DNA of 63,367 nt, the filler included, from Octopus bimaculoides (lineage: Eukaryota): assembly GCF_001194135.2 (NCBI RefSeq). It is 5 parts of 4 records of this genome, joined end to end, with 100 filler letters (N's around TTAATTAATTAA, not from the genome) between each part and the next. Parts side by side here need not be neighbours in the genome. Positions count along the whole stretch, not along the records: positions 10,480 to 39,176 come from NC_068988.1; 4 more parts are not named here. One strand, written 5' to 3'. The notes under the pieces are model-generated. The model had not been told where the DNA came from, did not search any database, and saw nothing but the letters and a program-made list of their open reading frames with translations. Position numbers and translations under genes: made by a program. Shown here piece after piece: positions 13,010 to 27,060 of this stretch (position 1 is the first letter of the stretch; every line of letters starts with the position of its first letter).

Positions 13010-13172
13010 AGTCGCTTAGATCGACCCCAGTACGCAACTAGTACTTATTTAATCGATCCCGAAAGGATGAAATGCAAAATCGACCCTGAGGAATTGGAAC
13101 TCAGAACGTAGCGGCAGACGAAATACCGCTAAGCATTTCACCCGGCGCGCTATCGTTTCTGCCAGCTCGCCA
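13010..13172 (-). mobile_element. tRNA-derived SINE family B (GGCGAGCTGGCAGAA...TTCTGAGTTC...TTTCATCCTTTCGGGATCGAT)
   Basis: Many copies: 17495-17644(-), 29123-29290(+), 30939-31160(-), 38237-38790(+, x3), 54895-55490(-, x3), 56033-56240(+), 63148-63356(-); the central segment resembles the Meta SINE domain (inference). Confidence 0.85.
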
Positions 13173-13323
13173 TCTTTATTACCTGTGATCAGCTCCAGAA
13201 AGTTGTTATGATGCTGTTAGCATTGGATTGCATGTGTGTGTATGTGTGTGACAGAGACAGAGAGAGAAGGGAGAGGGGAGGAGAGAGAGAGAGAAAGAGA
13301 AAGAGTAATGTTTACACAGGTCT

Positions 13324-13619
13324 TTACCATTTTGTGCGTATGAAATCATTATAATTAGATGTATCTCTGTGGATCTGTGACGTCGTGAAAGAAGATAACA
13401 ATGGTGCTTCCAGATTTTCGCCATTGTTGTTACTCTCAGAGTTCTCGTCACTTTTTCCTGTAAAGACGTGTATTTCTCTGGATTGTTTGTAAATGTTGTT
13501 TGTTTGTGTTGTTTGCTCAAGCATTTCGAAGATTTTTCTAGGTGTTTTAAGTATGCAGACTTCTTTGCCATTTCTTTTTGATTTGAATAATTTTCTGAAG
13601 CGATGGCATTCACCATGAA
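13324..13619 (-). CDS. Candidate host exon, product unknown
   Basis: Non-repetitive; CTAAT branch motif and TTGTGTCACAG acceptor ending at 13620; two of three frames open for about 98 codons (HGECHRFRKLFKSKRNGKE...TKW* or FMVNAIASENYSNQKEM...); no recognisable domain. Confidence 0.3.
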
Positions 13620-14853
13620 CTGTGACACAATAAATTAGGAACTTTGCATAGTGAGATGGCAATATGTTGTCAGCAAGGTTTAAACTGGGGAGTCAAGTGT
13701 CAATATCCACTTGGATATTTCCCCTTTAAATTATCTTACAAACAACAATTCATATAAACTTACACCAGATATAAAACCACTAAAAGATTTCTAGTGTCAA
13801 GTGGTGATAAGAAGTAAATGGATCTCCGTCAGTTTCGAAGATGACTGTACAGTTATTCGGTTAGTTGAATGACCCTTTCCATGGGATAATCTTTTAAATG
13901 GCTCTGTATTCCACTGACAGATTTGTCGCTTACGTAACCATCAGGTGGAATCAGCATATAACAAAGCTGGGCATTTGAATTACCAGTAAAACGCAACAGA
14001 CTTGCGGCTTCCGCACAGTTTCGCTTTGCTCAAATTCATTCGCAAATCTTGGCTGGTCACGAAACTATGGTCAAAGATGCCCAAGATGGCTGGTAACCTA
14101 TGCCTGCCAAGTAAACTTCTTGACAATTCGGACATATTGTGATCATCAGGTCCTATCTAACACTAATTTACGCCATTGAAATATCGAACATACGATTGAT
14201 TATATCGATTAGTTATAGAGATGACCAAGATAGATAATAAATCATCAGCTTCCCAGAATTTAGCGGTTAGGCAATAATAACCGTTGCCAAGCCTTAGAAA
14301 GAATTATACTGGAGTCGATCCATTCGACTAACAATTCTTGGAAGACGGTCCCGTAGCATGGCCACAGTCAGATAACGGAAACACGTAAAGGATAAAAGAT
14401 GTCGATTCAACGGAAGCGATAAATTACAGGACTCAATACAAATGTAATGTATTCTTTAATATAGTCTAGAGACAAGACTCCGATTTCCAGTTTATGAAGT
14501 CATTCGTTTCTGATCGTCAACTGGTAAACCGAGCCTGGTTTTCTTTTGAAATATTCACCGTTTGAATATTTTTCTGAAACATGAAATGAAGTTTTGAACA
14601 AGAAGCTTATTCCTATGTTTTTTTTGTTTAAAAAACGTTTGTGAATGACACATGAAAAAAAAACAACCCCACTGCTTCAAACTCACGCTTTTCATTTCGT
14701 TTCCGTTCCTCGAAGTAATATTAGAAAAGTTTTGAACTTCATGAAGCTGTGGGGTGTTGTTTAAGTAATGATTTCAAGTAATACATTTTAATTAGTATTT
14801 TGAAAAACAGTAAATGAGCATTGTTCGTGTCCGTTTTCCGTCAGCCATACAAA

Positions 14854-14885
<32 letters not shown>

Positions 14886-15579
14886 NNNNNNNNNNAGGGA
14901 GGGAGAGAGAGAGGGAGGGAGAGAGAGAGATATGCATATTATTCCGTTAGGTTTATTTCTACGATGATTTATAAATGGTTTTTAGCTAGGTTCCACAGGA
15001 CTCTTAGCAGCCCTTATGAGATTTTGCTGTAAAAAATTTACATGCAATTAATTGGTTAAGCTTTTACTAAACACAGAATATTTTAAGAATTTATTTAATA
15101 TAATTTCTAATAATATTTAATTATAAAAATACAACGAAATTCTTTTAAAACCCTGGATAGCTATGAGTGTCTGACCGACTTAAATAGGAATTAAATTGGT
15201 CTATGGTTAAAAAATGGTTGAGAAACATTGATCTATATTTACTATATTAAACTATCCCCTCCAACGATTGTTCGTCATAACACCCGCTCATATTATATCA
15301 CTTCGCTACCCCTATCTGTTGCTATTTGGGAACATTGTAAGATATCTGTTACCCCTAAGTAATAATGACTCCTTCCTGCTAATATAAATGAATGTACAAT
15401 ATATTAGTATTTGTTATGAACACTTAATGAGTTCTTTATTGAAATGCGTGATTTTTGTAATTCTTAAGAATAAAAACTCTCTAATATATACATACATGTA
15501 TGCACACGTATCATATATATATATACGTGTGTGCGTGTGTATGCCTGTATTTGTATTGTGCAGACACACATATATACTA

Positions 15580-15612
<33 letters not shown>

Positions 15613-16315
15613 NNNNNNNNNNNNNNNNNNNNNNNNNNNNNNNNNNNNNNNNNNNNNNNNNNNNNNNNNNNNNNNNNNNNNNNNNNNNNNNNNNNNNNNN
15701 NNNNNNNNNNNNNNNNNNNNNNNNNNNNNNNNNNNNNNNNNNNNNNNNNNNNNNNNNNNNNNNNNNNNNNNNNNNNNNNNNNNNNNNNNNNNNNNNNNNN
15801 NNNNNNNNNNNNNNNNNNNNNNNNNNNNNNNNNNNNNNNNNNNNNNNNNNNNNNNNNNNNNNNNNNNNNNNNNNNNNNNNNNNNNNNNNNNNNNNNNNNN
15901 NNNNNNNNNNNNNNNNNNNNNNNNNNNNNNNNNNNNNNNNNNNNNNNNNNNNNNNNNNNNNNNNNNNNNNNNNNNNNNNNNNNNNNNNNNNNNNNNNNNN
16001 NNNNNNNNNNNNNNNNNNNNNNNNNNNNNNNNNNNNNNNNNNNNNNNNNNNNNNNNNNNNNNNNNNNNNNNNNNNNNNNNNNNNNNNNNNNNNNNNNNNN
16101 NNNNNNNNNNNNNNNNNNNNNNNNNNNNNNNNNNNNNNNNNNNNNNNNNNNNNNNNNNNNNNNNNNNNNNNNNNNNNNNNNNNNNNNNNNNNNNNNNNNN
16201 NNNNNNNNNNNNNNNNNNNNNNNNNNNNNNNNNNNNNNNNNNNATATATAGATATATATATATATATAGACATATGTATACGCGCACACAGATATACACA
16301 CACACACACACACGC

Positions 16316-16368
<53 letters not shown>

Positions 16369-17920
16369 TAGAGAGAAAGAGAGATTATGTATGCTTATAC
16401 ATATATGTATATGTATACATATATGTACATAGTATAAATATGTGTGTGTGTGAAAAGAAAGAACGAGATAGAAAGAGGAAAGCGCGAGTAGAATAGTGAA
16501 CGGATGTTATTCATGCGTCCGTGTTGGTGAAAGTCTCCTTGTTTATTGACCAGGAGCCTTTTAGGATACAATCTGCTGTTTGTCTTTTGTGTTGTTGATG
16601 AGAATGCTGTATCCGTTGTTGCTTTTGACGATGGTGGCAAATTTCGGTGGCGGTGTACTTTGTCTGTAGGTCAATCGTTATAATACGGGCCTTTGATCAC
16701 AGGCGTTGCAGTACTGATGATCCGGTCCTCCTTCTTTGGCCATAAGATAATTTACTAGACTTCATTATCCAATATGTCGGAATCAAACAAGAGACACCTT
16801 AGAAGACCTCTCATTAGCTCTTTTCTTTTTTTTTTTTAGTGTATGTGTTTGTGTGCGTGCATGGGTGTGTATATGTATGAGTGTGTGTGGCTATATTGTC
16901 CCTTATGTTAAATAGAGCACTAAGGCACCCTTTATAAATACTTCCTGAAGGTTTACCAGTTTTTCAAGGTTGAATAATTCCCTGACTTCAAATGTAAAAT
17001 TATCTTTTATGAGGAAGTTCTGTTGATTTGAGAATGAGGAACTTCTTGATTTGTGATCGATGAATGACAGACAATAAGACCCAGTAACCTTTGCGAAGAA
17101 TATCTTATTTGACCCACCTATAATAAGAGTGCAGGCGTTGTATAGATGCAGGTTTTAGTGTCGTCTGCAACCTAAGTTATTCTATAGCTTCAAATTCATG
17201 GAGAATTTATAGGATGAGTAAAATCTATTCAGATTTAATATAGATTAGAATGTGTTAAATAAATGATGGAAGAGTTTGAGGCAGTGATCTTAATAAGAAA
17301 GAAATTATTTCAATATATCACAAGAAATATACAATAAAGAAGAAAGGTTAGAAGAGTTACAATAATTGAACGATTGACACCATGCAAAAGAAACTGACTC
17401 TGAATTCAGTTTTGGTGTGTTTACGTACCCGTAACCTAGTCGTTTGGCAAAAGAGACCGATAGAATAAATACCAGGTTTTAAATAATTATTGGCCCAGTG
17501 CTCTATTGGTCATTATTTTATCGATCCCAAAAGAATAAAAGGCAAGGTCGACCTCGGTGGAATTAGAACGCAGAACGTAAAGACGGTTGAAACGCCGTTA
17601 AGCATCTGATCCGGCGTGCTGACGTTTCTGCCTGCTCGCCACCTTCGAACTATGATAAGCAAACGATTTAACATTAAACTAAAGAATTACTACTTTTTGA
17701 AAGAGAGTGTATTTGTTATATTTTTGCAATAGGTGGTGACAGTGACTTCGGAGTTTCCGTGGAGGAGTCAGGGATGTAGGCAGCATGTTGTTGGTCAAAT
17801 GCTGGAGTGTCCATGTGTGGGATTTTATGCTAATCTATTGAGGGCTTTATTTCAAGACGTAGGCTATGATATATATGTATATAGCTGTAGAACTGTCCCA
17901 AATATAGGAGCAGTGACACC

Positions 17921-18262
17921 CCGTCGGTTACGACGATGAGGGTTCCAGTTGATCCGATCAACGGAACAGCCTGCTCGTGAAATTAACGTGCAAGTGGCTG
18001 AGCACTCCACAGACACGTGTACCCCTAACGTAGTTCTCGGGGAGAATCAGTGTGACACAGAGTGTGACAGAGCTGGCCCTTTGAATTACAGTTTCAACAG
18101 AAACAGGAAGAAAGAGTAAGAGAAAGTTTTGGTGAAAGAGTATAGCAGGGTTCGCCAACACCCCCTGCCGGAGCCTCGTGGAGCTTTAGGTGTTTTCGCT
18201 CAATAAACACTCCCTACAACTTCGAGTCCGCTGCTCTAACCACTGGGCCATTGCGCTTCCAC
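17921..18262 (-). mobile_element. tRNA-derived SINE family C (resembles octopus OK-type) with target-site duplication
   Basis: Head GTGGAAGCGCAATGGCCCAGTGGTTAGAGCAGCGGACTCG; TSD ATAGGAGCAGT(G)ACACC at 17904-17920 and 18263-18278. Confidence 0.85.
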
Positions 18263-18742
18263 ATAGGAGCAGTACACCACTGGGAGGTTACTCTATTTTG
18301 AGACGTACTTCACTTAAGCTTTTTAATGTGTCATCAATTTTTGGGGTATGAAAAGTTTACTGGTCCTGAACGGAGGGGCGAGTCATTGGGATTCAGTCCT
18401 AGTTATGTTGAGGATGTGATCTGGTCAGTGAACGACCGTGAGAATACAGATTCTTAATCACACACACCTACTCACACACATACACAGACACACAGAGACA
18501 CAGAGACACACATAAAAATCTACGTACATGAAAGGAACTGAAGAGGAGAGAAAAACTGAAACGGTAGACGTTGGAGGCAAATAGAGACAGATTAAGAGAT
18601 CATCTTGAGATGGGGTGACATGGAGATGACAATGATTCCTGTAACAAAGTCGAACACACAGACACAAACGCTGAGTGTTGTCAATAATAACAAGTGTTGT
18701 TAAAACAATCGGACTGCAGCGCATACGCAGCCAGATACACAG

Positions 18743-18794
<52 letters not shown>

Positions 18795-19196
18795 CATATA
18801 TACATACATGTACACGTACACACACAAACACTCATACCCATATATATGTAGAATGTACAAACGTATTGTTTGTGTGTGTGTACGTGTGTGTGCGCGCACG
18901 CGCGTTTGCGTGTGTGTATTTACATATATATAGAGAGATAAATAAATACATACATGCATCCATGCGTGCATGTGTGTGTGTGTGTGTGTGTCTATAGTTA
19001 CGAAGCGAATTTTGCAACCCTGTGTTTTCGGTTTAATCCCACTGAGTGACACCTTCGGCAAGTTCCTTCTGCTATGGCCTCCGACTGACCAATACATTAT
19101 GAGTGAACTCAGCTGAACGTTACTGTCGTACGCGCGCGCACACACACACTCACATATATATCTATCTATATATACATGCAAATATAAAAACGTATG

Positions 19197-19262
<66 letters not shown>

Positions 19263-19289
19263 TGAATAGAAACATACAAACATGCATGC

Positions 19290-19830
19290 ACGCTCGGCCG
19301 ATCGTTTTGCCGCACATCTACGGAACTACGGGACATCAGACTCAGTAATGACATTCCGGTTTCGCGCCATTTCCGCAATACTGGTCATTGCGTGCAACAA
19401 TTATCTATGCTCCTACTGGACTTGCACAGAGGTATTCCAGAGTCCCGTCTTCGTTTAAAGAAGTATTTTATTTTTTTCTTTCCATACTTCGACACCTAAC
19501 GGTCTAAATTCGCCACTACTTTTCCTTTACACCCCCTTCACAAACACACATAAAATGCAGCCACCTCTTACATTTTTACAGTCTATTTCGCCGACCCCGA
19601 CCGACACACCTACGATACACCACTGAACCCATCACCCTACACACCAACACGTTTGAACAGTATACAAAGAAACCTACACAGACACTTACTTCCTTCTTCA
19701 CACACTCTAGCAACCACACTTCCATTTTGGCACTTATAGCAACCAGTATAGAATACACCTACTCTTCCCATCACTTCCTACTCTTGTCACGTCTATTTCA
19801 TCCACATGCCCTTCCCGTATGACTCACAAA
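19290..19830 (+). mobile_element. Penelope-like element 3' fragment (end of GIY-YIG plus pLTR-like region)
   Basis: Frameshifted SADRFAAHLR...IPVSRHFRNTGHCVQQLSMLLLDLHRGIPESRLRLKKYFIF...TPNGLN, typical of a PLE GIY-YIG C-terminus. Confidence 0.7.
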
Positions 19831-19837
19831 ACAGCCT

Positions 19838-19901
<64 letters not shown>

Positions 19902-20168
19902 ACAATATGGCGGAAGCAGATTTGTCCAAAGCCTAATCCTTAAGCTGAACAAGGGTAGCATAGTGTGATATAGCTGGATATTTGAAGTATTCGATCCATC
20001 TATCCGATCGGGATTCACTCAGTTTCCATCTTCCCGATTTCAGTCATAAACCTTGGGTGAATCAGAGGCGAACATAAAGACGTTCATCAAAGGTGAGAGG
20101 AAATTGGTTCGAATCGAGAAGCTTGCGTAAAGGAAGCGGATTTCTTAATTATTCAACTTTGCTGCGTT

Positions 20169-20199
<31 letters not shown>

Positions 20200-21084
20200 T
20201 GTCGTGTTCCTTTTTCCTACGGTTTTCCAAAATGCCTGGAGAATGAATCGGCATACTACGGGAAAATTTGTCCCACTTAGAGAACAGTCGCCGCCCATTC
20301 ATTTGTGGTTTATTTATTTACTGTTATTCCAGAAATACAATACTCGAAAAAAAACAAGGAGGTCGTGACATCCATATCTCTCATTATGGATGTGGTGAAT
20401 CAGGGCTGGCCTGGGGTTAAACAACAGCGTAACATCTTCTACCACCATCATCATCACCACCACCGGCACCCATATAGTCACATGGCCACCACTGCCAACC
20501 TTAAATGGTTACTAACACAGCAAACCTTATCAACATCGCTACAGTCATATAACGAAAACTACCGCCACTACAACCATCACGTCTACCACTACAACCATCA
20601 CGTCTACCACCGTCACCAGCGAAACCAAATTCACACAACAATCTTTTAAATCCTACACTACTACCACCACAACCATCATCACCACCAAGGCCACCACCAT
20701 CACCATAAATTCGATGGTGATAAAATGTCGGTGTCATAATGAATTTCCCATATTAGGCACACATCAGATGTTGAACTGATAACAGCAGATGTCACAGTTT
20801 GATATTAGCGAAGCAGGCTGAGAAACGAGATATACGCATAGACAGATATACGCATAGATAAGAGAGTTGCCGGGTATATAGACACTACCCAGCCATTTCA
20901 CTTGCTAGAAATAGTAAGCAAATACTAGTAAGAAACATTAAACTATATAGTTTTAGGAACATTATGTCTGACAAAATATACGAGATCGTCACGGTTGGCT
21001 TATCATAATTCACAGACCTCCGGCTTCATCAGTAATGTCCTTGGACTAAACGATAAGAAATATAAATACAGCAGTTATTCCACT

Positions 21085-21119
<35 letters not shown>

Positions 21120-21188
21120 CCTTCCTCTGTTGTTCTCTTCCTCCCTCTTCCTCCCTCTCCCTCCACCTCCACCTCTTCCTCCTCTCAG

Positions 21189-21232
<44 letters not shown>

Positions 21233-22163
21233 NNNNNNNNNNNNNNNNNNNNNNNNNNNNNNNNNNNNNNNNNNNNNNNNNNNNNNNNNNNNNNNNNNNN
21301 NNNNNNNNNNNNNNNNNNNNNNNNNNNNNNNNNNNNNNNNNNNNNNNNNNNNNNNNNNNNNNNNNNNNNNNNNNNNNNNNNNNNNNNNNNNNNNNNNNNN
21401 NNNNNNNNNNNNNNNNNNNNNNNNNNNNNNNNNNNNNNNNNNNNNNNNNNNNNNNNNNNNNNNNNNNNNNNNNNNNNNNNNNNNNNNNNNNNNNNNNNNN
21501 NNNNNNNNNNNNNNNNNNNNNNNNNNNNNNNNNNNNNNNNNNNNNNNNNNNNNNNNNNNNNNNNNNNNNNNNNNNNNNNNNNNNNNNNNNNNNNNNNNNN
21601 NNNNNNNNNNNNNNNNNNNNNNNNNNNNNNNNNNNNNNNNNNNNNNNNNNNNNNNNNNNNNNNNNNNNNNNNNNNNNNNNNNNNNNNNNNNNNNNNNNNN
21701 NNNNNNNNNNNNNNNNNNNNNNNNNNNNNNNNNNNNNNNNNNNNNNNNNNNNNNNNNNNNNNNNNNNNNNNNNNNNNNNNNNNNNNNNNNNNNNNNNNNN
21801 NNNNNNNNNNNNNNNNNNNNNNNNNNNNNNNNNNNNNNNNNNNNNNNNNNNNNNNNNNNNNNNNNNNNNNNNNNNNNNNNNNNNNNNNNNNNNNNNNNNN
21901 NNNNNNNNNNNNNNNNNNNNNNNNNNNNNNNNNNNNNNNNNNNNNNNNNNNNNNNNNNNNNNNNNNNNNNNNNNNNNNNNNNNNNNNNNNNNNNNNNNNN
22001 NNNNNNNNNNNNNNNNNNNNNNNNNNNNNNNNNNNNNNNNNNNNNNNNNNNNNNNNNNNNNNNNNNNNNNNNNNNNNNNNNNNNNNNNNNNNNNNNNNNN
22101 NTTCAGTTGAATTAGATACATAAGTTGAAACACCAAAATTAGTGCGGTATTATCCGAACAACT

Positions 22164-22500
22164 CAGGGTGTGATGAATAGACTGTAATCACTGTCGTCTA
22201 AAATACGCAAAAGTGAAAATAACACAGACGTCTCATTTTTAACAGATATATTTATCAAAACTACATAAAAATATTTTGAAATACTAAAGAGTAAATTTAT
22301 TCAATAAAATCGACATTGGCTTCAACCACGGTCTCCAGACGACTTCGGAATCTCCTGCAACTCTTTTGGACGGTGTCTTTGTTTAAGTTGGTGAATGCTG
22401 CCATAATCCTTGCCTTCAGCTCATCTTTGATGTTACAAGGAGTTTTGATGGTCTCTCACTCAACTGCGCCCCACAATTAATAATCAAGGGGGTTGCAGCA
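22164..22500 (-). mobile_element. Tc1/mariner transposase C-terminal fragment with probable 3' TIR remnant
   Basis: Minus translation with frameshift and stops: NPLDY-LWGAVE-ETIKTPCNIKDELKARIMAAFTNLNKDTVQKSCRRFRSRLETVVEANVDFIE*; CAGGGTG at 22164. Confidence 0.85.
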
Positions 22501-23643
22501 AAACATAAAATATCACTAATTTCATATAAGTATAAATAGGGAAAGGAAAATTACCTGGTTGAACCAAACACAGTTTAAACGACCGGTCAGATTAACTAAA
22601 ACATTTTAACTTTAATACATAAGAACTTTCTAAGTTACATAGAAACCACAAAATTTGTAACAAGCATAAAGTAAAGGTTAGCTGTTGTTGCACTGAAAAT
22701 TTGGCTGCATTAACAGAATAAATTGTACAAATATAAAGCAAAAACAGTTACAAGAAAACATTTCAACACTCCTGAAGCTTTCTTTTTGTTTAAATTTTAC
22801 GCCTGTTTCTTTTTCCTTGTATGGAAAGTACATTATTGAGGTATTGATGCCATGTCGAAATGTCCTCCCTTGGTGAAATAAACGGCGAATTATATGTCTG
22901 ACAACCAACTCGTTTGAAAACCGTTATACGTAGCACATAGTCTTTCTTTGGTATCCAGTATATAGAAAGTCTACTTTATTGTCTAAATATATCTGGAGCC
23001 TAAATGATAAAAAAGAAAAGGAAACACTTAAATTAGACTACCAGTCATTAAAATTGCTACACCGTACACTAACAAACCCAACCGATGTCAAATCTACCCA
23101 GCCGATAAAATTTAAAACCTGAAAGATTATCTCATACCGTTCAATAAATTGTTTGATCTGTTCTCAAAGTGTCGCCATGAAGGCGAGTATCTTTTCAGAC
23201 ACTCTTTTACAGACAGGATAAATCCTTGGATTTATATACATCGATCATCAAAACATATTTATATACATCGATCACAAAAAACATATCGACAGTTCACAGA
23301 ACCATCTCATAAATAATGTTGCAATAGCGTTCTAATACCATCAGTTTTACTTTTATTAATTCCATTCTCTGGTTTTCCCTTTCATTTATTGTCACATATA
23401 TGTCTGTAAGTATGTATGTATGTATACATGTGTGTGTACGTATGTATGCATGTGTACATGTGTGTGTGTGTGCGTTTATGGGTTTATATGTTTATTGTGT
23501 ATATTTTATGAAAAATTTTGTATTTGTATATGCTTCACTAAAATGCATCATTCTTTATTATATCGTTGCATTATACGTAACTCGGACTACGAACTTTATG
23601 CACAGTTTACATGTGATAGATAGGTAGAGAGATAGATAGATAA

Positions 23644-23675
<32 letters not shown>

Positions 23676-23702
23676 AAGTGTGCATGTGTGTGTGTGTGTG
23701 TG

Positions 23703-23740
<38 letters not shown>

Positions 23741-24180
23741 ACTGTATCAACTTTAAATACTTATAAATTTTCTTTTTAAACTTTGCTCGGTATATGTACG
23801 TGGAACGGGTAGCTCTGTATGAGTGTGTATCTATATCTGTTGTATCAGTGTAGACAAATATATCAGACAACCCAGCATGGCCAAATGGTTAAAAAAAAAA
23901 AAGCCTCGTGCTCGGCACTCTGTATATACAAGAAACAGCTAAACGTTTTCTTGTAACATCTCCTTGATGAAGGAGGCATAATTCAGCTCAAACGAGTATT
24001 TTGTAAAAGTTCGACTTAAACGACGTCAACATTTCATAGCCCAAAATACGATCTTAACGAAAATCCACTTTCCACGTCTTTATACATTCGTTATGTGGAT
24101 TCTGCTCATATGTGGAAGCATACCAAATGTCTCAAGGATAGTGTAAACCAGAAACCTAATTAAGGGCCTATTGCTTAGGT

Positions 24181-24219
<39 letters not shown>

Positions 24220-24882
24220 TGTTGAATTTACAAGGAAAGATCCCGAGGAACAGTTACAAGGTAGCCAGATATCAGATGAGCGTTCTAGGAATTAGTGGTC
24301 ACAATTGCATGGGAGTTAATTCCGGTGAGAACTGGGACGTGTTTCGAAGAACATAAGAATAATGGAAAATGGAGACAAAAGTCCAAGATATTATTTAAAT
24401 CATTTATATCACCATATGACCGACATATTTTTCGATAGATGCATTAGAATAAATCCGAGAGGAAGAATAATGTGGAAAAAATGCATCAATCTCATCAGGG
24501 AGGACATAAACAACAGTGTGCACCAATAAGTAATTTTAAAATATGTAAGAAACTATCGAAACATATGTCGGTGATATGGTGATATAATTGATTTAAATAT
24601 CTTGAGCGCTTGTCTCTATTTTCCATTATTCTGATGTGTGTGTGTGTGGGTATGTATATGTGGGGTGTGTAGTTTGATCCCACCATTATAGTAATTGTAA
24701 ATAATTACGTATTATTGAAACAATTAATGAAGAATAATTATAAATTTGTTGATAAACGAAGATAAAATACAAGCATCCGATTGCAAAATGCTTTTTACAG
24801 AGTAATTCCATCATATCTAGAACAAAAATTGTAAAATATTTTAATTTTAATTTCAAATTAGCAAAATAAGTTTCATAATAAT

Positions 24883-25315
24883 TCTATATATACAAACAGA
24901 CGTGCATATATACTTGCATATAAACACCGAACATATATATGTGTCTGTGCATGAGCGTGTGTGTTGTGTATATACATTCACACACACATACACACACAGG
25001 TACATGTGTGTGTGCGTGAGCGTATGTATGTGTGTGTGTGTGTTTGCGTGTGTTTATGTGTGCGCGTATGCGCGTGCAAGGGAAGTGGGATGGTTCATCT
25101 TTGTTCGCTTAGTATGTGGGTTTATTTTTTGATTTGCTTGGATCTTGGCTGGTTTTATTTTGTTGGTCAGTTATTTTTAGCGTTTTGACAGAAAAAAGTC
25201 ATTCTAAAATTGTTTTTTAACGTAAGCGTGCCCAAACAAGTCAAATGCTTACACAGAACAGATTTTACAGCCACATCATCCAAACCAACCGGGTGAAACC
25301 GGGGTTAGCTGCTAG
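24883..25315 (+). mobile_element. Possible non-autonomous Helitron with internal (TG)n
   Basis: 3' end CCGGGTGAAACCGGGGTTAGCTGCTAG|T (GC-rich hairpin-like motif then CTAG|T); putative 5' TCTATATATACAAA at 24883, preceded by T rather than the expected A. Confidence 0.45.
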
Positions 25316-25968
25316 TTCCATATAAACATCGTTTGGCTTGCTTCCCGTTTGCGCACACATTGTAGCACATTTCTCATCTATGCACCATGAATGCACGTTT
25401 GTCTCCCAACTATATCTTATAATTTCTTTCTTGTATTTCTGTATGATTTAATCCTGCCTTATTCTCTCAGTATTACGGATTTGATATCATTTTGAATTCT
25501 GAATTTCTTACCCTTAAACTTTTGTAAATTTGTAACATTCATATTTATGGATTTTGTATTTCTGCATCCTCTATTTTTCTGTCCTCATAATAATAAACAC
25601 ATCACAACATTTGTATTTATATTGTACTATTTCTATGTTTCTCGTATTTACAACTTCGTAATTTTTCGTTACAGCATTTCTGTACTCCAGGATGTTTGCA
25701 TTTAGAATTTTTTCTAATTGTTATGCATTTCCATAATGATAATTTTAGCACATTTCCATATTCATAATGTTGGTATCTGATATTCGTCCACCGTTGCACG
25801 ACTTCAAGAATGCTATTGTACCCAATATATTTAAATGTTCATGTATGTGTGTGCATGTGTGTTCGTTTCTCTTGCAAAAGACTGTATGTCGTGAAAAAAT
25901 TTTCAAAACTGATGGAGTAAACCGATTGGCGTGGAACGAATAAAGTTACAGGCCTGGATTGCTTTCTC

Positions 25969-26018
<50 letters not shown>

Positions 26019-26859
26019 TTAATGTACATAGTATATAGTTATGAGTTAGTAACAGTTTCATACATTAGATATATTTTCTAGGCAGGTTTTACAAACGCGC
26101 GTAAAGTCACCGAACAATCGTCAGGTTGAAGATTGCCTGGAGACACTTGGAGTGTTAATAAAACCGGCCCAGTGGTAGTAGTAGTAGTAGTAGTAGTAGC
26201 CTGCTACAGGCACAATGCCTGAAATTTTAGAGGAGACAATAATAGTGAAGACGATGATAACGATGATGATGATGGGGGGGGGGTGATCGTGGTGGTGATG
26301 ATGATGGCGATGGTGATGACGACGATGACGAGAACGACGACGATGACGACGACGACGATGATAAGGAAGAGGGAATACGAGAAGTAAGAAGAGGATGAAG
26401 ATATACCACCACGAGAGTTAATGGCAATTTCTTGGTTGTGTACAAAAGGTGACATTAATAAGTAAGTTAAGGAAACTGATAGCAAAGGTGTGGTCTTGTA
26501 CAGCCGTGTCTCTGCATGGTAAACAGGAAAACGAAGTTGCCTACAAAACACGTCTCATAAAATTTCACAGGACGCTCATTAATTCTCATTAATTCTGCAC
26601 TTTTTTCCAACTCTATGGAAGGCCATAAACACATTCCCATTATAATTCAACCCTGTGTTTTGTTGTTTATATTTTGCTGTAAGATTTTAAAAGACATTTC
26701 TTATAAAACCCCAAGAAGGACCTGATTCAGTTGAACTATCATCCAAGATTTTCTAAGCATCTTTTAATCCTGGATTTTATTGTCCAATGAGATTTGAGAT
26801 TAGTTGGAATGGTTTTAGGGAAATTGGCTGCTCTTTATAATAGATGCAATAACCGTGGA

Positions 26860-27060
26860 GAGGTATCCGCCATCGTCTTCTTTTCTCTTGGACTTTCCCC
26901 TGTCTCCTGTTTCTGAAGAAGAGCTTTGCCCGAAACGTAAGACTACCTTTCTTTCCTTCCCTGAACGTCTTATTAATACATTGCATGCACCACTTCCCCC
27001 ACGTTGTTGTTTTTTTTTCTTGGGTTTGTTCTTCGTTTTTTTTTTTTGTGTGGGGTGGAA
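26860..27060 (+). mobile_element. Penelope pLTR-like fragment with minimal hammerhead motif (26909-26943)
   Basis: GTTT-CTGAAGA-AGAGC-TTT-GCCC-GAAAC-GTA-AGAC; homologous copy on the minus strand at about 34620-34820. Confidence 0.65.

Noticed and set aside
15388-16432. Long ORFs of 246-371 aa (also 20995-22136, 45404-46174, 53822-54259, 61773-62658)
   Set aside because: They are open only because of N runs and (TA)n/(TG)n repeats
16395-16760. Codon-like unique segment next to ORF 16395..16640
   Set aside because: Stops in every frame within about 60-90 codons, no convincing splice pair and no recognisable domain
22678-23000. Coding exon after the strong minus-strand acceptor near 23000
   Set aside because: All three frames stop within 25 codons of the acceptor; kept only as a possible non-coding splice signal
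24330-24500. GAAAC-AC-GTC half-motif (and weak candidates near 20960-21040, 28875-28945 and 58165-58215)
   Set aside because: No compatible CUGANGA core with paired stems I and II; too degenerate to call
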